Shown: piece by piece, positions 1 through 10,622 of the stretch | Position numbering within the stretch: position 1 is the first letter of the stretch | Layout of the letters: each line of letters begins with the position of its first letter | Assembly: GCA_965231875.1 (NCBI GenBank) | Contig: CBDDOM010000002.1 | Location: forward strand, 3,139,942 to 3,203,941 | DNA: 64,000 bases | Source: Alphaproteobacteria bacterium | GTDB taxonomy: Bacteria > Pseudomonadota > Alphaproteobacteria > MPNO01 | Direction: 5' to 3' | The notes under the pieces: generated by a model | The model's database searches: none | Seen by the model: the letters and a program-made list of their open reading frames with translations, nothing else | What the model was told of the DNA's origin: nothing | Position numbers and translations under genes: made by a program

Positions 1-688
1 GGAGCGGAACACGGGTACGCTCGGCCTCGTCCGCGTGCTCGCTCCGCGCTGCCTCGACGAGCTCGGTCCCGGAAGATGGGACCGGGTGATCGATTTCTGG
101 AACCTGCCGCACCGCTCGCTCCGTATCCTCTACGTGCCGTGCAACGCCAACGACCTCTATCTCGCGATGATGGCGCCGGTCGAGGACAGGGAGGCGACCG
201 CGGTTCCGGTCCGCACCGATATCTGGGTCCCGGCCTTTCCCCAGCTGGAGCCCGCGATCCGCCAGGTCTCGGCCGAGGGGCGCTACGACGCCTACGAGAC
301 CGGCAAGCTCACGCGCTGGTCGTCGGGCCGGGTCGCGATCGTGGGCGATTCCGCGCACGCCATGGTCCCTTCGCTCGGACAGGGGGCCGGTCTCGCGATG
401 GCCAACGCGCTCGGCCTCGCCGTCGCGCTCGACGAGACGGCCGATGTTCCAGATGCGCTCGCGCGATGGGAACGACGCGAGCGGCCGCTTACCGAATACA
501 CCCAGGACATGTCGGCCAGGGTCGCCCGCGACCGGCTGGGCACGGCCGGGCGGATATGGTCGGACGACACCATCGCCACCGCGCGCAGCGTGCCCACGGG
601 AACCGGACACCTGCCGCACATTCTGGACGGGTTGCCAGACGCATCGGAGTCGCGGCTTGATGACGCGGACCGGGCGGCACGCCCCTGA
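1..688 (+). CDS. FAD-dependent aromatic-ring monooxygenase (salicylate/3-hydroxybenzoate hydroxylase-like), C-terminal fragment; 5' end lies outside the window
   Basis: ORF 35..688 open to the window edge; GDSAHAMVPSLGQGAGLAMANA matches the second FAD-binding motif (GDAAH...GQG) of class A flavoprotein hydroxylases. Confidence 0.7.
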   Translation, partial: ERNTGTLGLVRVLAPRCLDELGPGRWDRVIDFWNLPHRSLRILYVPCNANDLYLAMMAPVEDREATAVPVRTDIWVPAFPQLEPAIRQVSAEGRYDAYETGKLTRWSSGRVAIVGDSAHAMVPSLGQGAGLAMANALGLAVALDETADVPDALARWERRERPLTEYTQDMSARVARDRLGTAGRIWSDDTIATARSVPTGTGHLPHILDGLPDASESRLDDADRAARP

Positions 689-702
689 ACGGGAGGACAT
701 TC

Positions 703-1869
703 ATGCGCCGCTATGACGGGCTCAAGGCCGTCGCGCCCCGGGTCGGCGACGCCCTCGTGGTGACCAACCTCGCCAACACGGCGACCGAGTGGCGCACGCT
801 GCGCCCGCATGACGGCAACCTCTATTTCGTCGGCATGGGCATGGTGACTCCCTACGCATTGGGCCTCGCGCTCGCTTTGCCGCACCGGCGCGTGCTCGCC
901 TTCGACGGCGACGGGGGGATCCTGTTCGAGATGAGCGTCCTCGGCACGCTCGCCCAGTCGGCGCCGAGGAACCTTTGCGTCGTCGTGCTCGACAACGAGG
1001 GCTATGTCTCCACGGGCAAGTGGCAATCGGTCGCCTCGCTGTCGGCCGGCCCGGTGGATATCGCCGGCGTCGCGCGCGCCTCGGGGCTTGCGAACGTCTT
1101 CGAGGTGCGGACGGTCGAGGAATTCGAGGCGCAAGTCTCGGCGGGGCTCGCGCGCGAGGACGGACCCACCGTGATCGTCGCCAAGACCAGCACCGAGCAG
1201 GCCTTCGTCGGCACCTCGCCCGGCGACGGCAAGGAAAACAAGTACAGCTTCGTTCGCCATATCGAGGCGCTGGAAGGGAAGGCGATCCTCAAGCCGTCGG
1301 CGCGCGAGCACGGCGAGCCGCCCAGGCCCGATCCCGAGTTCAGCCCGGTGGACGAAGACGATCCGTTCGGCGAGGTGCTGTTCGATGGGTTGCGCGAGAA
1401 TTTCGTCGATTTCGTGATCGGCCTGCCCTGCAGCGGTTTCGCGCACACGCTCCAGCGCTGCATGGACGACCAGTCGATGCACTACGTGGCGGTCGCCAAC
1501 GAGGGCACCGGGATCGGCATCTGCGCCGGCGCATGGCTCGGCGGCAAGATACCCGCCGCGGTGGTCGAGAATTTCGGCGTCTATGCGGCGACCTACCAGC
1601 TGATGCGCGGCCACTACACGTTCGGCATCCCCACTTTGCTGATGACGGAATACCGGGGCGATGCCGGCGAGACCGAGTTCTTCGGCGACTCCGGCGACAT
1701 GACGGAGCCTTTGCTCCGGGCCGCGCGGATCAATTACCGCGTGGTGCGCGACATCCACGAGCTTAAGCCGGCGATCCGGGACGGGCTCCGGTGGATGAAT
1801 TTCGGGCTCCGTCCCTACGCCGTGCTGCCGGGGTTCGACCTGTCCCGGCCCAAGCCGCCCAAGCCCTGA
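703..1869 (+). CDS. Thiamine-diphosphate enzyme, sulfopyruvate/phosphonopyruvate decarboxylase-like, fused beta(PP)-alpha(PYR) domains
   Basis: N-terminal half carries the ThDP motif FDGDGGILFEM...LDNEGY (ComE-like); C-terminal half has GLPCSGF...VANEGTGIGICAGAWLGG (ComD/PYR-like); about 60-aa linker between them. Confidence 0.65.
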   Translation: MRRYDGLKAVAPRVGDALVVTNLANTATEWRTLRPHDGNLYFVGMGMVTPYALGLALALPHRRVLAFDGDGGILFEMSVLGTLAQSAPRNLCVVVLDNEGYVSTGKWQSVASLSAGPVDIAGVARASGLANVFEVRTVEEFEAQVSAGLAREDGPTVIVAKTSTEQAFVGTSPGDGKENKYSFVRHIEALEGKAILKPSAREHGEPPRPDPEFSPVDEDDPFGEVLFDGLRENFVDFVIGLPCSGFAHTLQRCMDDQSMHYVAVANEGTGIGICAGAWLGGKIPAAVVENFGVYAATYQLMRGHYTFGIPTLLMTEYRGDAGETEFFGDSGDMTEPLLRAARINYRVVRDIHELKPAIRDGLRWMNFGLRPYAVLPGFDLSRPKPPKP

Positions 1870-1884
1870 TACGGAACCCGTCCG

Positions 1885-2607
1885 ATGATCTTTGAATGCC
1901 GCCGCTACACCCTCCAGCCCGGCCGGATGGAGGAGTTCGTCGCGCTTCAGCACCGGCGCGGATTCGACGGGCCCAATGCCGGTTTCATCTCCCGGGTGAT
2001 CGGCTATTTCGAGACCGTCACCGGCACGCCCGAGCAGGTAATCCACCTCTATCGCTACGACAGCTACGAAGACTGGATCGAGAAGCTGCACGGGCTTTAC
2101 GCCATCCCCGAGCTCGGCTTCTACTTCACCGAGGCGCGGGCGATGGTGGACCGTCAGGAGACCGGTTTCTTCCAGCCCGCCCCCGTCGCCGAACTCTGCC
2201 CGCTATGGCACGGCGAGACAGACTGGCTGCCCGGACCCGGACAGGAGCGCTGGGATCTCCGGGAAATGCCCGACCTCGTGGTCGAGGAAACCCTTGAGGC
2301 GTTCAAGCCCGGCGGGCTCCCCGTCTACTGGCAGGCGATGACCGAATGCGGGCTGGAGGCCACGGCTCCGCTGCGCCGCGACACGATCGCCACATGGTCG
2401 TCGATGACCGGCCGGCTTCACGTCGTGGCGTCCTATCGCCTGTTCTCCTCTCTCACCGAACGCGAGGAACGCCGGCGGGAGGCCAGCGAGGGAACCGCGA
2501 TGGCCGCGTTCAACGAGGCGCTGAGACCCATCCTCCGCGAGCGTACGACGACCCTCCTCCGCCCGGTGCCCGTGCCGCAAATGAGCCCGCTCTTCCAGGG
2601 CGGCTGA
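1885..2607 (+). CDS. NIPSNAP family protein (two tandem NIPSNAP-like domains)
   Basis: 240-aa ORF 15 nt downstream of the TPP enzyme; sequence resemblance to the NIPSNAP dimeric alpha/beta-barrel family. Confidence 0.5.
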   Translation: MIFECRRYTLQPGRMEEFVALQHRRGFDGPNAGFISRVIGYFETVTGTPEQVIHLYRYDSYEDWIEKLHGLYAIPELGFYFTEARAMVDRQETGFFQPAPVAELCPLWHGETDWLPGPGQERWDLREMPDLVVEETLEAFKPGGLPVYWQAMTECGLEATAPLRRDTIATWSSMTGRLHVVASYRLFSSLTEREERRREASEGTAMAAFNEALRPILRERTTTLLRPVPVPQMSPLFQGG

Positions 2608-2618
2608 GGCGGCCATCG

Positions 2619-3911
2619 TTATCCCGAAGCGCAGCAGCGCGCCCCGACCCACTCCGCGACCGACAGCAGCAGATCGTCCGCGCCCCGCCGGGCGAGGAGC
2701 TGGATACCGACCGGCATGCCGTTTGGGCCGCGATGGGTGGGGAGCGTAATCGCCGGGACATGCAGCATGGTCCACAACGCCTGGAAGGCGGGATCTCCGG
2801 CATAGTCGAGCCCGACCGGAGCCTCGCCGTTTACGGCGGGGGCGAGTAGCGCGTCCCGGTTCTCGAACAGCCCGTCGAGAATGCGCCGGCATCGCTCCGT
2901 CCGCGCCAGCGCCGCGCGGTAATCGGCGTAAGGAACCGCCAGACCGTTGGCGACGGTTTTCTGCATTGCCGGGCTCAGCCGCTCCCGGTCGGTGCGCCAT
3001 TCATGCGCCATCGCGCGCGCCCGCTCGTAGTCGTTGATCGCCCGCCGTGCCTCGCTCAGCGCCTCGAAGCCAGAGGGAAGCCCGACTTCTTCCACCACGG
3101 CGCCCGCTCGACGGATCGCTTCGGCCGCGCCCTCAACCGCCGCCACAGTCTCCGGCTCCGCCAGATGCCAGAGCGGGGTACGGCAAACGCCGATCCTGGG
3201 CGTCCTCTCGAGCGGTGCGATCCCACCCGGCTCCCGGCCGGTGAGCACGTCGCGGACCAGCGCGACATCCTCCAGGTTGCGCGCGTGGAGGCCGATGGTA
3301 TCGAGGCTCTCGGCGGCGAACTTGATGCCGGCCCGGTTGAACGTACCGAAGCTCGGCTTGAACCCGACGATCCCGCAATAGGACGACGGGCGCAGCACCG
3401 ACCCGCCGGTCTGGGTGCCGAGTGCGACCGGGACCATGCCGTCGGCGACGCCCGCCGCCGATCCCTGGGACGAACCGCCCGGTGTCCGCGCCGGGTCGTG
3501 AGGGTTGGTCGTCGCGCCGGGATGGGTGCCGGCGAACTCGGCGGTGACGGTCTTGCCGAGGATGACCGCGCCCGCCGTGCGCAGGATCGCCACCGCCGCC
3601 GCGTCAGCCGCCGGGCGGTGCCCCGCATAGATCGGCGAGCCCATCTCCGTCGGCATGTCGGTCGTATCGAAGATGTCCTTGATCCCGACCGGCACGCCGT
3701 GCAGCGGACCCGCCGGCACCGGCGCGGCGTCACGGGCGCGCGCCTGGGCGAGCGCGAGGTCGGGATCCAAAAACGCCCACGCCTTTACCGTCTCCTCGCG
3801 CTCCGCGATGCGCGCGAGGCAGGCGTCGGCCACCGCCTCCGAGGTCGTTCGGCCTTCGGCGATCGCGCGCGCGGCCTCCGCGGCGCGCGGCGCGTCGAAC
3901 GGGCGGTTCAC
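2619..3911 (-). CDS. Amidase (amidase-signature family)
   Basis: GGSSQGSAAGVADGMVPVALGTQTGGSVLRPSSYCG amidase-signature motif; real start is GTG at 3911-3909 overlapping the stop of the upstream SDR gene (GTGA); the 547-aa M-start ORF is an out-of-frame extension. Confidence 0.8.
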   Translation of the reverse strand: MNRPFDAPRAAEAARAIAEGRTTSEAVADACLARIAEREETVKAWAFLDPDLALAQARARDAAPVPAGPLHGVPVGIKDIFDTTDMPTEMGSPIYAGHRPAADAAAVAILRTAGAVILGKTVTAEFAGTHPGATTNPHDPARTPGGSSQGSAAGVADGMVPVALGTQTGGSVLRPSSYCGIVGFKPSFGTFNRAGIKFAAESLDTIGLHARNLEDVALVRDVLTGREPGGIAPLERTPRIGVCRTPLWHLAEPETVAAVEGAAEAIRRAGAVVEEVGLPSGFEALSEARRAINDYERARAMAHEWRTDRERLSPAMQKTVANGLAVPYADYRAALARTERCRRILDGLFENRDALLAPAVNGEAPVGLDYAGDPAFQALWTMLHVPAITLPTHRGPNGMPVGIQLLARRGADDLLLSVAEWVGARCCASG

Positions 3912-4717
3912 CTGTCGCGGAACGCGTCCATCAGCGGCTTCTGCTGGCCGCCATCGATCTCGATCATCGTGCCGTTGACGAAATGGGCGAGCGGCGAGGC
4001 GAGATAGGTGACGAGGTTGGCGACCTCGTCGCATTCCGCGATGCGGCCGAGCGGGATCGCCCGCGGGGCCAACTGGTCGGCTTCCTCGTAGGGGATCTTC
4101 ATGTCGCGCGACATCGCCTGGACCAGCCCGTCCCAGCGTTCCGTCCTGACCGGGCCCGGGTTGACCGCGCACACCGTGATGTTCTCGCGCCCGTACTGCG
4201 CGGCGATCGAGATGCTGAAGTTCTGCCCGGCGGCGTTGGCGGCGCCCGGTGCGACCTCCCAATAGGAGTGCTTGATGCCATCGTTGCCGATCACGTTGAC
4301 GATCCGCCCGCCGCCCTGTTTCCGCATATGAGGGACCGCGTAGCGGGTGCAGCGCACATAGCCCATGAACTTGAGCCCGAGCGCGGCTTCCCAGTCCTCT
4401 TCCGAGAGGCCTTCGAGGACGCCGCCCGGCGCGGCGCCCGCATTGTTGACGAGGATGTCGAGCCGGCCGAAATGCTCCACGGTGCCGTCGATGAACGCCT
4501 GGGCGTCTTCGGCCTTGGTGAGGTCGGCGGCGATGGAATGGATTTCCTGGCCGGTGCGCTGCTGGAGCGCCGCCGCGGCGTTGTCGAGCCGCTGCTTGTC
4601 GCGGGCGCAGATGGCGACCTTGCAGCCCTCCGCCGCCAGGCTTTCGGCGACTGCCCGGCCGATACCGATGCTGCCCCCCGTCACCGCCGCGATCTTGCCG
4701 TCCAGTTGAAGATCCAT
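3908..4717 (-). CDS. Short-chain dehydrogenase/reductase (SDR) family oxidoreductase
   Basis: TGGSIGIG Rossmann motif, NNAG, catalytic Y...K region; 269 aa. Confidence 0.85.
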   Translation of the reverse strand: MDLQLDGKIAAVTGGSIGIGRAVAESLAAEGCKVAICARDKQRLDNAAAALQQRTGQEIHSIAADLTKAEDAQAFIDGTVEHFGRLDILVNNAGAAPGGVLEGLSEEDWEAALGLKFMGYVRCTRYAVPHMRKQGGGRIVNVIGNDGIKHSYWEVAPGAANAAGQNFSISIAAQYGRENITVCAVNPGPVRTERWDGLVQAMSRDMKIPYEEADQLAPRAIPLGRIAECDEVANLVTYLASPLAHFVNGTMIEIDGGQQKPLMDAFRDR

Positions 4718-4819
4718 TTCCGTCTCCTTGTACCCGCTGTCCGCGCGTTAGGTTTGCGCGCGAATTTGCTCGCCCCTACCCTAGCGCCGCGCGGCAAAGA
4801 TGCAAAACCGGCGGGCGGG

Positions 4820-7123
4820 ATGGCGGAGAAGTTGATCGGGCGCGCGCTGCACCGGCGCGAAGACAGGCGCTTGCTGCGCGGGACGGGGGAATTCGTCGAC
4901 GATTTCGCGCCGCCCGGCACGGCCCACATGGCGATCCTGAGGAGCCCTTTCGCCCATGCACGCATCCGCTCGGTGGACCTCGCCGCTGCCCGCGCGGCGC
5001 CGGGTGTGATCGATGCGTTTTGCGGCGCCGATCTCGACCGGCCCTTGCCGGAAATACCGTTCCGGCTCGCCGGGCTATCGGGCTTCGACCGTTTCCTGCA
5101 ACAGCCGATCGCCACGGACAAGGCGCGGTTCGCGGGCGAACCGGTTGCCGTGATCGTCGCTTCCGACCGCTACGCCGCCGAGGATGCGCTCGCCGCGATT
5201 GAGGTCGACTACGACCCCCTGCCGCCGGTGGCCGATCCCGAGACCGCGGCGGCGTCCGGGACGCTGGTTCACGAGGAGGCTGGCAACAACGTCGCGATCC
5301 GCTACACCGTCGGGCGCGGAGATGTCGATGCCGCGTTCGCCGCCGCGCCGTATCGCCGGAGCGAGCGTTTCCGGACCCATCGTCAGACCGCCCTGCCGCT
5401 GGAAACCCGGGGCCTTGTGGCCGACTTCTCGGACGGGGACACCCTGAGACTCTGGGGCGCGGCCAAGGTCACGTATTTCAACAAGCGGGCGCTCGTCCAG
5501 GCCTTCGACCTGCCCGAAGCCGCGGTCGAGTTGATCCAGCTCGATGTCGGCGGCGGTTTCGGGGTGCGGGGCGAGCTTTACCCCGAGGACTATCTGGTTC
5601 CCATCGCGAGCCGCCGCGCGGGGCGCCCAGTCAAGTGGATCGAGGACCGCCAGGAGCACCTGATGGCGGCGAACCATTCGCGCGACATCGTCTGCACACT
5701 GGAGATCGCGGCCGAGCGCGACGGCACGATCCTCGGCCTGCGCGGCGCCATGGTCGCCGATCTCGGCGCCTATGCCCGGACCAACGGCGGGATCGTACCG
5801 GTACGGACCGTGCAGTTCCTGCCCGGGCCCTACCGCATCCCGAACTATTCCTGCGACGCCTCGATCGTTGTCACCAACCGCACGCCCACCGGGACCTATC
5901 GCGGGCCGGGCCGTTTCGAGGCCAATTTCTTTCGCGAGCGGCTGATCGACCTGATGGCAACGGATCTCGGGCTGGACCCGGCGGAGGTGCGGCTCGCCAA
6001 CCTGATCGGCCCGGACGAGCTTCCCTTCGAGATCGGCGAACTGGTGCCCGGCGACACCGGCACCGCCTATTCCGATGGCGACTATCCCGCCGGGCTGCGC
6101 CGGCTGCTTGACGAGGCCGGCTATGAGAGCTGGCGCGCGCGTCAGGGGGAAATCGACGGGGACGGCCGCCTTCACGGCCTTGGCATCGCGTGCTTCGTCG
6201 AGAGCAGTGCGGCGGGGCCTCCGGAGCACGCGCATATCGGCGCGGACGGGAATGGCCGTATCGAGGTGCGCGTCGGTTCCTCCTCCTTCGGCCAGGGGGT
6301 GGAAACCGGGATGGTCCAGATCGCCGCCGATGCGCTCGGCGTCGCGCCCGATGCGATCGACGTCCGCCACGGCACCACCAGCCTGCTGCCCGACGGCAGC
6401 GGGAGCTATCACAGCCGCACCACGGTGATGGCCGGCAACGCGGTCGCCGAAGCCGCCGCGGTCTTCCGCGAGCGCTGCATCGCGCTCGCCGCGCTTAGAT
6501 GGAACGCCGAACCGGAAAGCCTCTCCTGGCGTGACGGCGTCGTCGAAAGGTCCGATGGCGAGGCGGTCCAGACCATCGGCATCGCGGCGCTCGCTGGCTT
6601 CGCACGATCCCGCGGCGAATCCCTTGGGGCCGCGGCGCGGTTCGACAACCGGGGCCGGGTCGCCTGGAGCTCCGGCGCGCATGCCGCGCATGTCGCGGTC
6701 GATGTCGAGACCGGAGAGGTCGCGGTGCTCGGCTATCACGTGGTCGAGGAACTGGGCCGGGTGCTCAACCCGATGCTGGCCGAGGGTCAGGCCGTCGGCG
6801 CGGCGGTCCAGGGGATCGGCGGCGCGCTGTTCGACCGGATCCGCCACGACGCCGACGGCCAGCTGCTGACCGCGAACCTGGCCGATTACCTCGTGCCCGC
6901 GAGCGCCGAGATCCCGCGCATCGAGACGGTCGCGCTCGAAACCCACCCGGCGGGTTCGAATCCGCTCGGCTTCAAGGGGGCGGGCGAGGGCGGGGTGATC
7001 GCCGTCGGCGGCGCCATCGCGAACGCCATCGCCAACGCGCTCGGCAAATCCGGCGCGGGTCCGACCGAGCTGCCTGCCTCGCCGAGCGATGTTCTCAGGC
7101 TCATGGAGGAGACTGCGGAATAG
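4820..7123 (+). CDS. Xanthine dehydrogenase family molybdopterin-binding large subunit (CoxL-like, non-form-I)
   Basis: N-terminus MAEKLIGRALHRREDRRLLRG...; YRGPGR active-loop variant; real start ATG 4820 inside the 1046-aa ORF 3983..7123. Confidence 0.8.
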   Translation: MAEKLIGRALHRREDRRLLRGTGEFVDDFAPPGTAHMAILRSPFAHARIRSVDLAAARAAPGVIDAFCGADLDRPLPEIPFRLAGLSGFDRFLQQPIATDKARFAGEPVAVIVASDRYAAEDALAAIEVDYDPLPPVADPETAAASGTLVHEEAGNNVAIRYTVGRGDVDAAFAAAPYRRSERFRTHRQTALPLETRGLVADFSDGDTLRLWGAAKVTYFNKRALVQAFDLPEAAVELIQLDVGGGFGVRGELYPEDYLVPIASRRAGRPVKWIEDRQEHLMAANHSRDIVCTLEIAAERDGTILGLRGAMVADLGAYARTNGGIVPVRTVQFLPGPYRIPNYSCDASIVVTNRTPTGTYRGPGRFEANFFRERLIDLMATDLGLDPAEVRLANLIGPDELPFEIGELVPGDTGTAYSDGDYPAGLRRLLDEAGYESWRARQGEIDGDGRLHGLGIACFVESSAAGPPEHAHIGADGNGRIEVRVGSSSFGQGVETGMVQIAADALGVAPDAIDVRHGTTSLLPDGSGSYHSRTTVMAGNAVAEAAAVFRERCIALAALRWNAEPESLSWRDGVVERSDGEAVQTIGIAALAGFARSRGESLGAAARFDNRGRVAWSSGAHAAHVAVDVETGEVAVLGYHVVEELGRVLNPMLAEGQAVGAAVQGIGGALFDRIRHDADGQLLTANLADYLVPASAEIPRIETVALETHPAGSNPLGFKGAGEGGVIAVGGAIANAIANALGKSGAGPTELPASPSDVLRLMEETAE

Positions 7124-7126
7124 GGA

Positions 7127-7906
7127 TTAGCGCCGCGCCACCATGCGCTGCTTGATCGCGCCGATGGCCTTGGCCGGGTTGAGGTCCTTGGGGCAGGTCT
7201 TGGTGCAGTTCATGATCGTGTGGCAGCGATAGAGCCGGAACGGATCTTCCAAGGCGTCCAGGCGCTCGCCGGCATGCTCGTCGCGAGAGTCGGCGATCCA
7301 GCGATAGGCCTGGAGCAGGGTGGCCGGTCCGAGATAGCGGTCGCCGTTCCACCAGTAACTCGGGCAGCTTGTGGTGCAGCAGAAGCAAAGGATGCACTCC
7401 CACAAGCCGTCGAGCTTCTCGCGCTCCTCCGGCGATTGCAGCCGCTCGGCATCCGGCGGCGCCGGGGTCTCGGTCTTGAGCCAGGGCTCGATCGAGGCGT
7501 ATTGCGCGTAGGCGTCCGTGAGGTCGGGCACGAGGTCCTTGACCACCGGCATATGCGGCAGGGGGTAGATCTTCACATCCCCCTCGATGTCGGAGATGAA
7601 CCGCGTGCAGGCGAGCGTGTTGGTGCCGTCGATGTTCATCGCGCAGCTGCCGCAGACGCCCTCGCGGCAGGACCGGCGGAAGGTGAGGGTGGGGTCGACC
7701 TCGTTCTTGATCTTGATCACCGCGTCGAGAACCATCGGACCGCAATCGTCGAGGTCGACGGTGTAGCTGTCGATCTTCGGAGTCTCGCCCGAATCCGGAT
7801 CCCAGCGATAGACCCTGAAGGTCCGCGGCCGTTTGGCGCCCTCCGGCACCTTGTGGTCGGTCCCCTTGCGGATCTTCGAATTGGCGGGAAGCCTCAGCTC
7901 GGCCAT
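7127..7906 (-). CDS. sdhB: Succinate dehydrogenase iron-sulfur subunit
   Basis: [40 protein letters not shown] cluster motifs. Confidence 0.92.
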   Translation of the reverse strand: MAELRLPANSKIRKGTDHKVPEGAKRPRTFRVYRWDPDSGETPKIDSYTVDLDDCGPMVLDAVIKIKNEVDPTLTFRRSCREGVCGSCAMNIDGTNTLACTRFISDIEGDVKIYPLPHMPVVKDLVPDLTDAYAQYASIEPWLKTETPAPPDAERLQSPEEREKLDGLWECILCFCCTTSCPSYWWNGDRYLGPATLLQAYRWIADSRDEHAGERLDALEDPFRLYRCHTIMNCTKTCPKDLNPAKAIGAIKQRMVARR

Positions 7907-7919
7907 GGCGGCTCCGGAA

Positions 7920-9728
7920 TCAGTAGACGCGGTCCTTGGGCGGTACCGCCTGGACCTCGTCGGTCATCGTGTTGGTGTGGACCGGCCGGTATTCCATGCG
8001 GGACCGGCCGTTCTCGTCGAGCCAGATCAGCGTGTGCTTCATCCAGTTCTCGTCGTCGCGTTCCGGGAAGTCCTCGCGCGCATGCGCGCCCCGGCTCTCC
8101 TCGCGATCCAGCGCCGCGTCGACGCTGACCACGGATTGCTCAAGCAGGTTGTCGAATTCGAGAGCCTCGACCAGGTCGGAATTCCAGATCATCGACCGGT
8201 CCGAGACCGATATGTCCGACCGGCCGTCCCAGACCTTCCCGAGCCTGTCCTTGCCCTCCGCGAGGATCTCGCCGGTGCGGAACACCGCGCAGTGGCTCTG
8301 CATGATCTGCTGCATTTCGAGGCGGAGCGCCGCGCAGGCGGTTCCGCCCTTGGCATGGCGGCGCGAATCGAACCGGCCCAGCGCCCGGTCCCCGGCATCG
8401 GCGGGGAGTGGCGGCTGGGACGCGCCGGGTTCCAGGATGTCGACGCAGCGATTGGCCGCCGCGCGGCCGAACACGACGAGGTCGAGCAACGAATTCGAGC
8501 CCAGCCGGTTGGCGCCGTGGACCGAGACGCAGGCCGCCTCGCCGATCGCCATCAGCCCCGGCACTGTCGCTTCCAGCGTGCCGTTGGCGGGCGACCGCGC
8601 CTCGCCGAGATGATTGGTCGGCACCCCGCCCATGTTGTAGTGGACGGTGGGCAGCACCGGCACCGGCTCGCGGGTGACGTCCACCCCGGCGAAGATCTTC
8701 GCGGTCTCCGAAATGCCCGGCAGGCGCTCGGCGATGATCTTGGCGTCGAGGTGTTCGATATGCAGGTGGATGTGGTCCTTGTTCTCGCCCACGCCGCGCC
8801 CTTCCCGCATCTCGACGGTCATCGCGCGCGACACCACGTCGCGCGAGGCGAGGTCCTTCACATTGGGCGCGTAGCGCTCCATGAAGCGCTCGCCCTCCGA
8901 GTTGGTGAGATAGCCGCCTTCGCCCCGCACCCCCTCGGTGATCAGGCAGCCCGCGCCGTAGATTCCGGTCGGGTGGAACTGGATGAACTCCATGTCTTCC
9001 AGCGGCAGCCCGGCCCTCAGCACCATCGCGTTGCCGTCGCCGGTCTGGGTATGCGCCCCGGTGCAGGCGAAATAGGACCGGCCGTAGCCTCCGGTCGCGA
9101 TCACCGTCATCTGCGCCTGGAAACGGTGGATGGTCCCGTCGTCGAGGTTCCACGCCATGACGCCGCGCACCGCGCCGGTCTCGTCGGTGAGCAGGTCGAT
9201 CGCGAAATACTCGATGAAGAATTCCGCGTCGTGGCGCAGAGATTGCTGGTAGAGGGTGTGCAGGATGGCATGCCCGGTGCGGTCGGCGGCGGCCGCGGTG
9301 CGCCTTGCCGGCGGACCCTCGCCAAAGCGGGTCGTCATGCCGCCGAACGGTCGCTGGTAGATCTTGCCTTCCGGGGTGCGCGAGAACGGCACCCCGTAAT
9401 GTTCGAGTTCGATCACCGCCGGGATCGCCTCGCGGCACATGTATTCGATCGCGTCCTGGTCGCCGAGCCAGTCCGCGCCCTTGACGGTGTCGTAGAAATG
9501 CCAGCGCCAGTCGTCCTCGCTCATATTGCCGAGCGCGGCGGAAATCCCGCCCTGGGCGGCGACGGTGTGGCTGCGGGTGGGGAAGACCTTGGTGATGCAG
9601 GCGGTCTTCAGCCCCTTGACCGCCATGCCGAAGGTCGCGCGCAGCCCGGCGCCGCCGGCGCCGATCACCACGACGTCGTAGCTGTGGTCGACGATTTCGT
9701 AAGCCCCGGTCACCGCTTCAGCCTCCAA
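7920..9728 (-). CDS. sdhA: Succinate dehydrogenase flavoprotein subunit
   Basis: [16 protein letters not shown] motif, SHTVAAQGG covalent-FAD histidine region; 602 aa. Confidence 0.95.
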   Translation of the reverse strand: MEAEAVTGAYEIVDHSYDVVVIGAGGAGLRATFGMAVKGLKTACITKVFPTRSHTVAAQGGISAALGNMSEDDWRWHFYDTVKGADWLGDQDAIEYMCREAIPAVIELEHYGVPFSRTPEGKIYQRPFGGMTTRFGEGPPARRTAAAADRTGHAILHTLYQQSLRHDAEFFIEYFAIDLLTDETGAVRGVMAWNLDDGTIHRFQAQMTVIATGGYGRSYFACTGAHTQTGDGNAMVLRAGLPLEDMEFIQFHPTGIYGAGCLITEGVRGEGGYLTNSEGERFMERYAPNVKDLASRDVVSRAMTVEMREGRGVGENKDHIHLHIEHLDAKIIAERLPGISETAKIFAGVDVTREPVPVLPTVHYNMGGVPTNHLGEARSPANGTLEATVPGLMAIGEAACVSVHGANRLGSNSLLDLVVFGRAAANRCVDILEPGASQPPLPADAGDRALGRFDSRRHAKGGTACAALRLEMQQIMQSHCAVFRTGEILAEGKDRLGKVWDGRSDISVSDRSMIWNSDLVEALEFDNLLEQSVVSVDAALDREESRGAHAREDFPERDDENWMKHTLIWLDENGRSRMEYRPVHTNTMTDEVQAVPPKDRVY

Positions 9729-10098
9729 GCGCGATCTTGAGGACCGAGAACGCGGCGCCTATCCCGCACGCGACCGCGCCGAACTTGATCGCCGTCACCA
9801 GGGTGAATTTGAGCCACTCGGTATGCACGTAGTCCTCGACCACCACCTGCATCCCCAGCTGGGCGTGATGGAACCCGGCGAGGATCAACAGAAGCATCGG
9901 GACCGCCGCCGCGGGGTTCCTCAGCCATTCCGTCACCGCTGCGTGGCCGGCGCCCGTCAGCACGATCAACGAGATCGCGAACCAGAGGATCAGCGGGACC
10001 AGGGCGATGGCGGTCAGGCGTTGCGCCCACCAATGGGCGGTCCCCTCCTTGGCCGAGCCGAGCCCTCGGACCCGGCCGAGCGGCGTCCGAAGGCTCAT
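9718..10098 (-). CDS. sdhD: Succinate dehydrogenase hydrophobic membrane anchor subunit
   Basis: 126-aa hydrophobic protein [30 protein letters not shown]...; internal start within ORF 9718..10533; overlaps sdhA start by 11 nt. Confidence 0.8.
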   Translation of the reverse strand: MSLRTPLGRVRGLGSAKEGTAHWWAQRLTAIALVPLILWFAISLIVLTGAGHAAVTEWLRNPAAAVPMLLLILAGFHHAQLGMQVVVEDYVHTEWLKFTLVTAIKFGAVACGIGAAFSVLKIALGG

Positions 10099-10523
10099 CG
10101 CAGCGCCCCCATCGATGCGTAGGCCAATACCCAGGCCAGCACGGTGAGCAATGCCGCCGAACCGACCGCCAGCCAGCCGGTCATCGATACGGTGTCGAGC
10201 TCGAATCCCCGACCCATATCCCAGAACAGATGCCGGATGCCGTTGCACAGGTGGTAGAACAGCGCGAAGGTCCAGCCGAACAGGAACAACCGCCCGAGGA
10301 ACGATCCCGCCGCCGCTTGCGCCGCGTCGAACGCGTCCTGGCCGGAAGCGGCGGCGGCGAGCCACCAGAGCAGCAGCAAGAGCCCTGCCGCCAGCACGAT
10401 CCCGGTCGCGCGGTGGGCGATCGACAGCACCGAGGTGATCTGCGGCCGGTAGACCTGCAAATGGGGCGACAGCGGCCTGTCCTGGTTGCTCATCGACGCT
10501 AACCCTGCTGGATAAGGCGGCAC
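10095..10523 (-). CDS. sdhC: Succinate dehydrogenase cytochrome b556 subunit
   Basis: RPLSPHLQVYRPQITSVLSIAHRATG signature; start could alternatively be Met at 10493. Confidence 0.8.
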   Translation of the reverse strand: MPPYPAGLASMSNQDRPLSPHLQVYRPQITSVLSIAHRATGIVLAAGLLLLLWWLAAAASGQDAFDAAQAAAGSFLGRLFLFGWTFALFYHLCNGIRHLFWDMGRGFELDTVSMTGWLAVGSAALLTVLAWVLAYASMGALR

Positions 10524-10622
10524 GAGGCCTCAAGCCGAACGGCGGCCCGGTTTAGACCGGGACCGGGGGCAAGTCAAATTGGCTCCCATCGCTACGATTG
10601 CGCGGTCGCTATCTCCCAACCT

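Noticed and set aside
292-2091. 599-aa ORF on the minus strand
   Set aside because: Antisense to the well-supported TPP enzyme and NIPSNAP genes. Arg/Gly/Ala-rich composition typical of high-GC antisense frames.
3983-4819. N-terminal 279 aa of the 1046-aa ORF 3983..7123
   Set aside because: Overlaps the SDR gene in antisense. Recognisable CoxL-like sequence starts only at MAEKLIGRALHRREDRRLL (ATG 4820).
5075-6946. 623-aa ORF on the minus strand
   Set aside because: Antisense shadow ORF inside the CoxL-like gene.
7833-9740. 635-aa ORF on the plus strand (also 8140..9438 minus-frame ORF)
   Set aside because: Antisense or alternate-frame to sdhA, whose identity is unambiguous.
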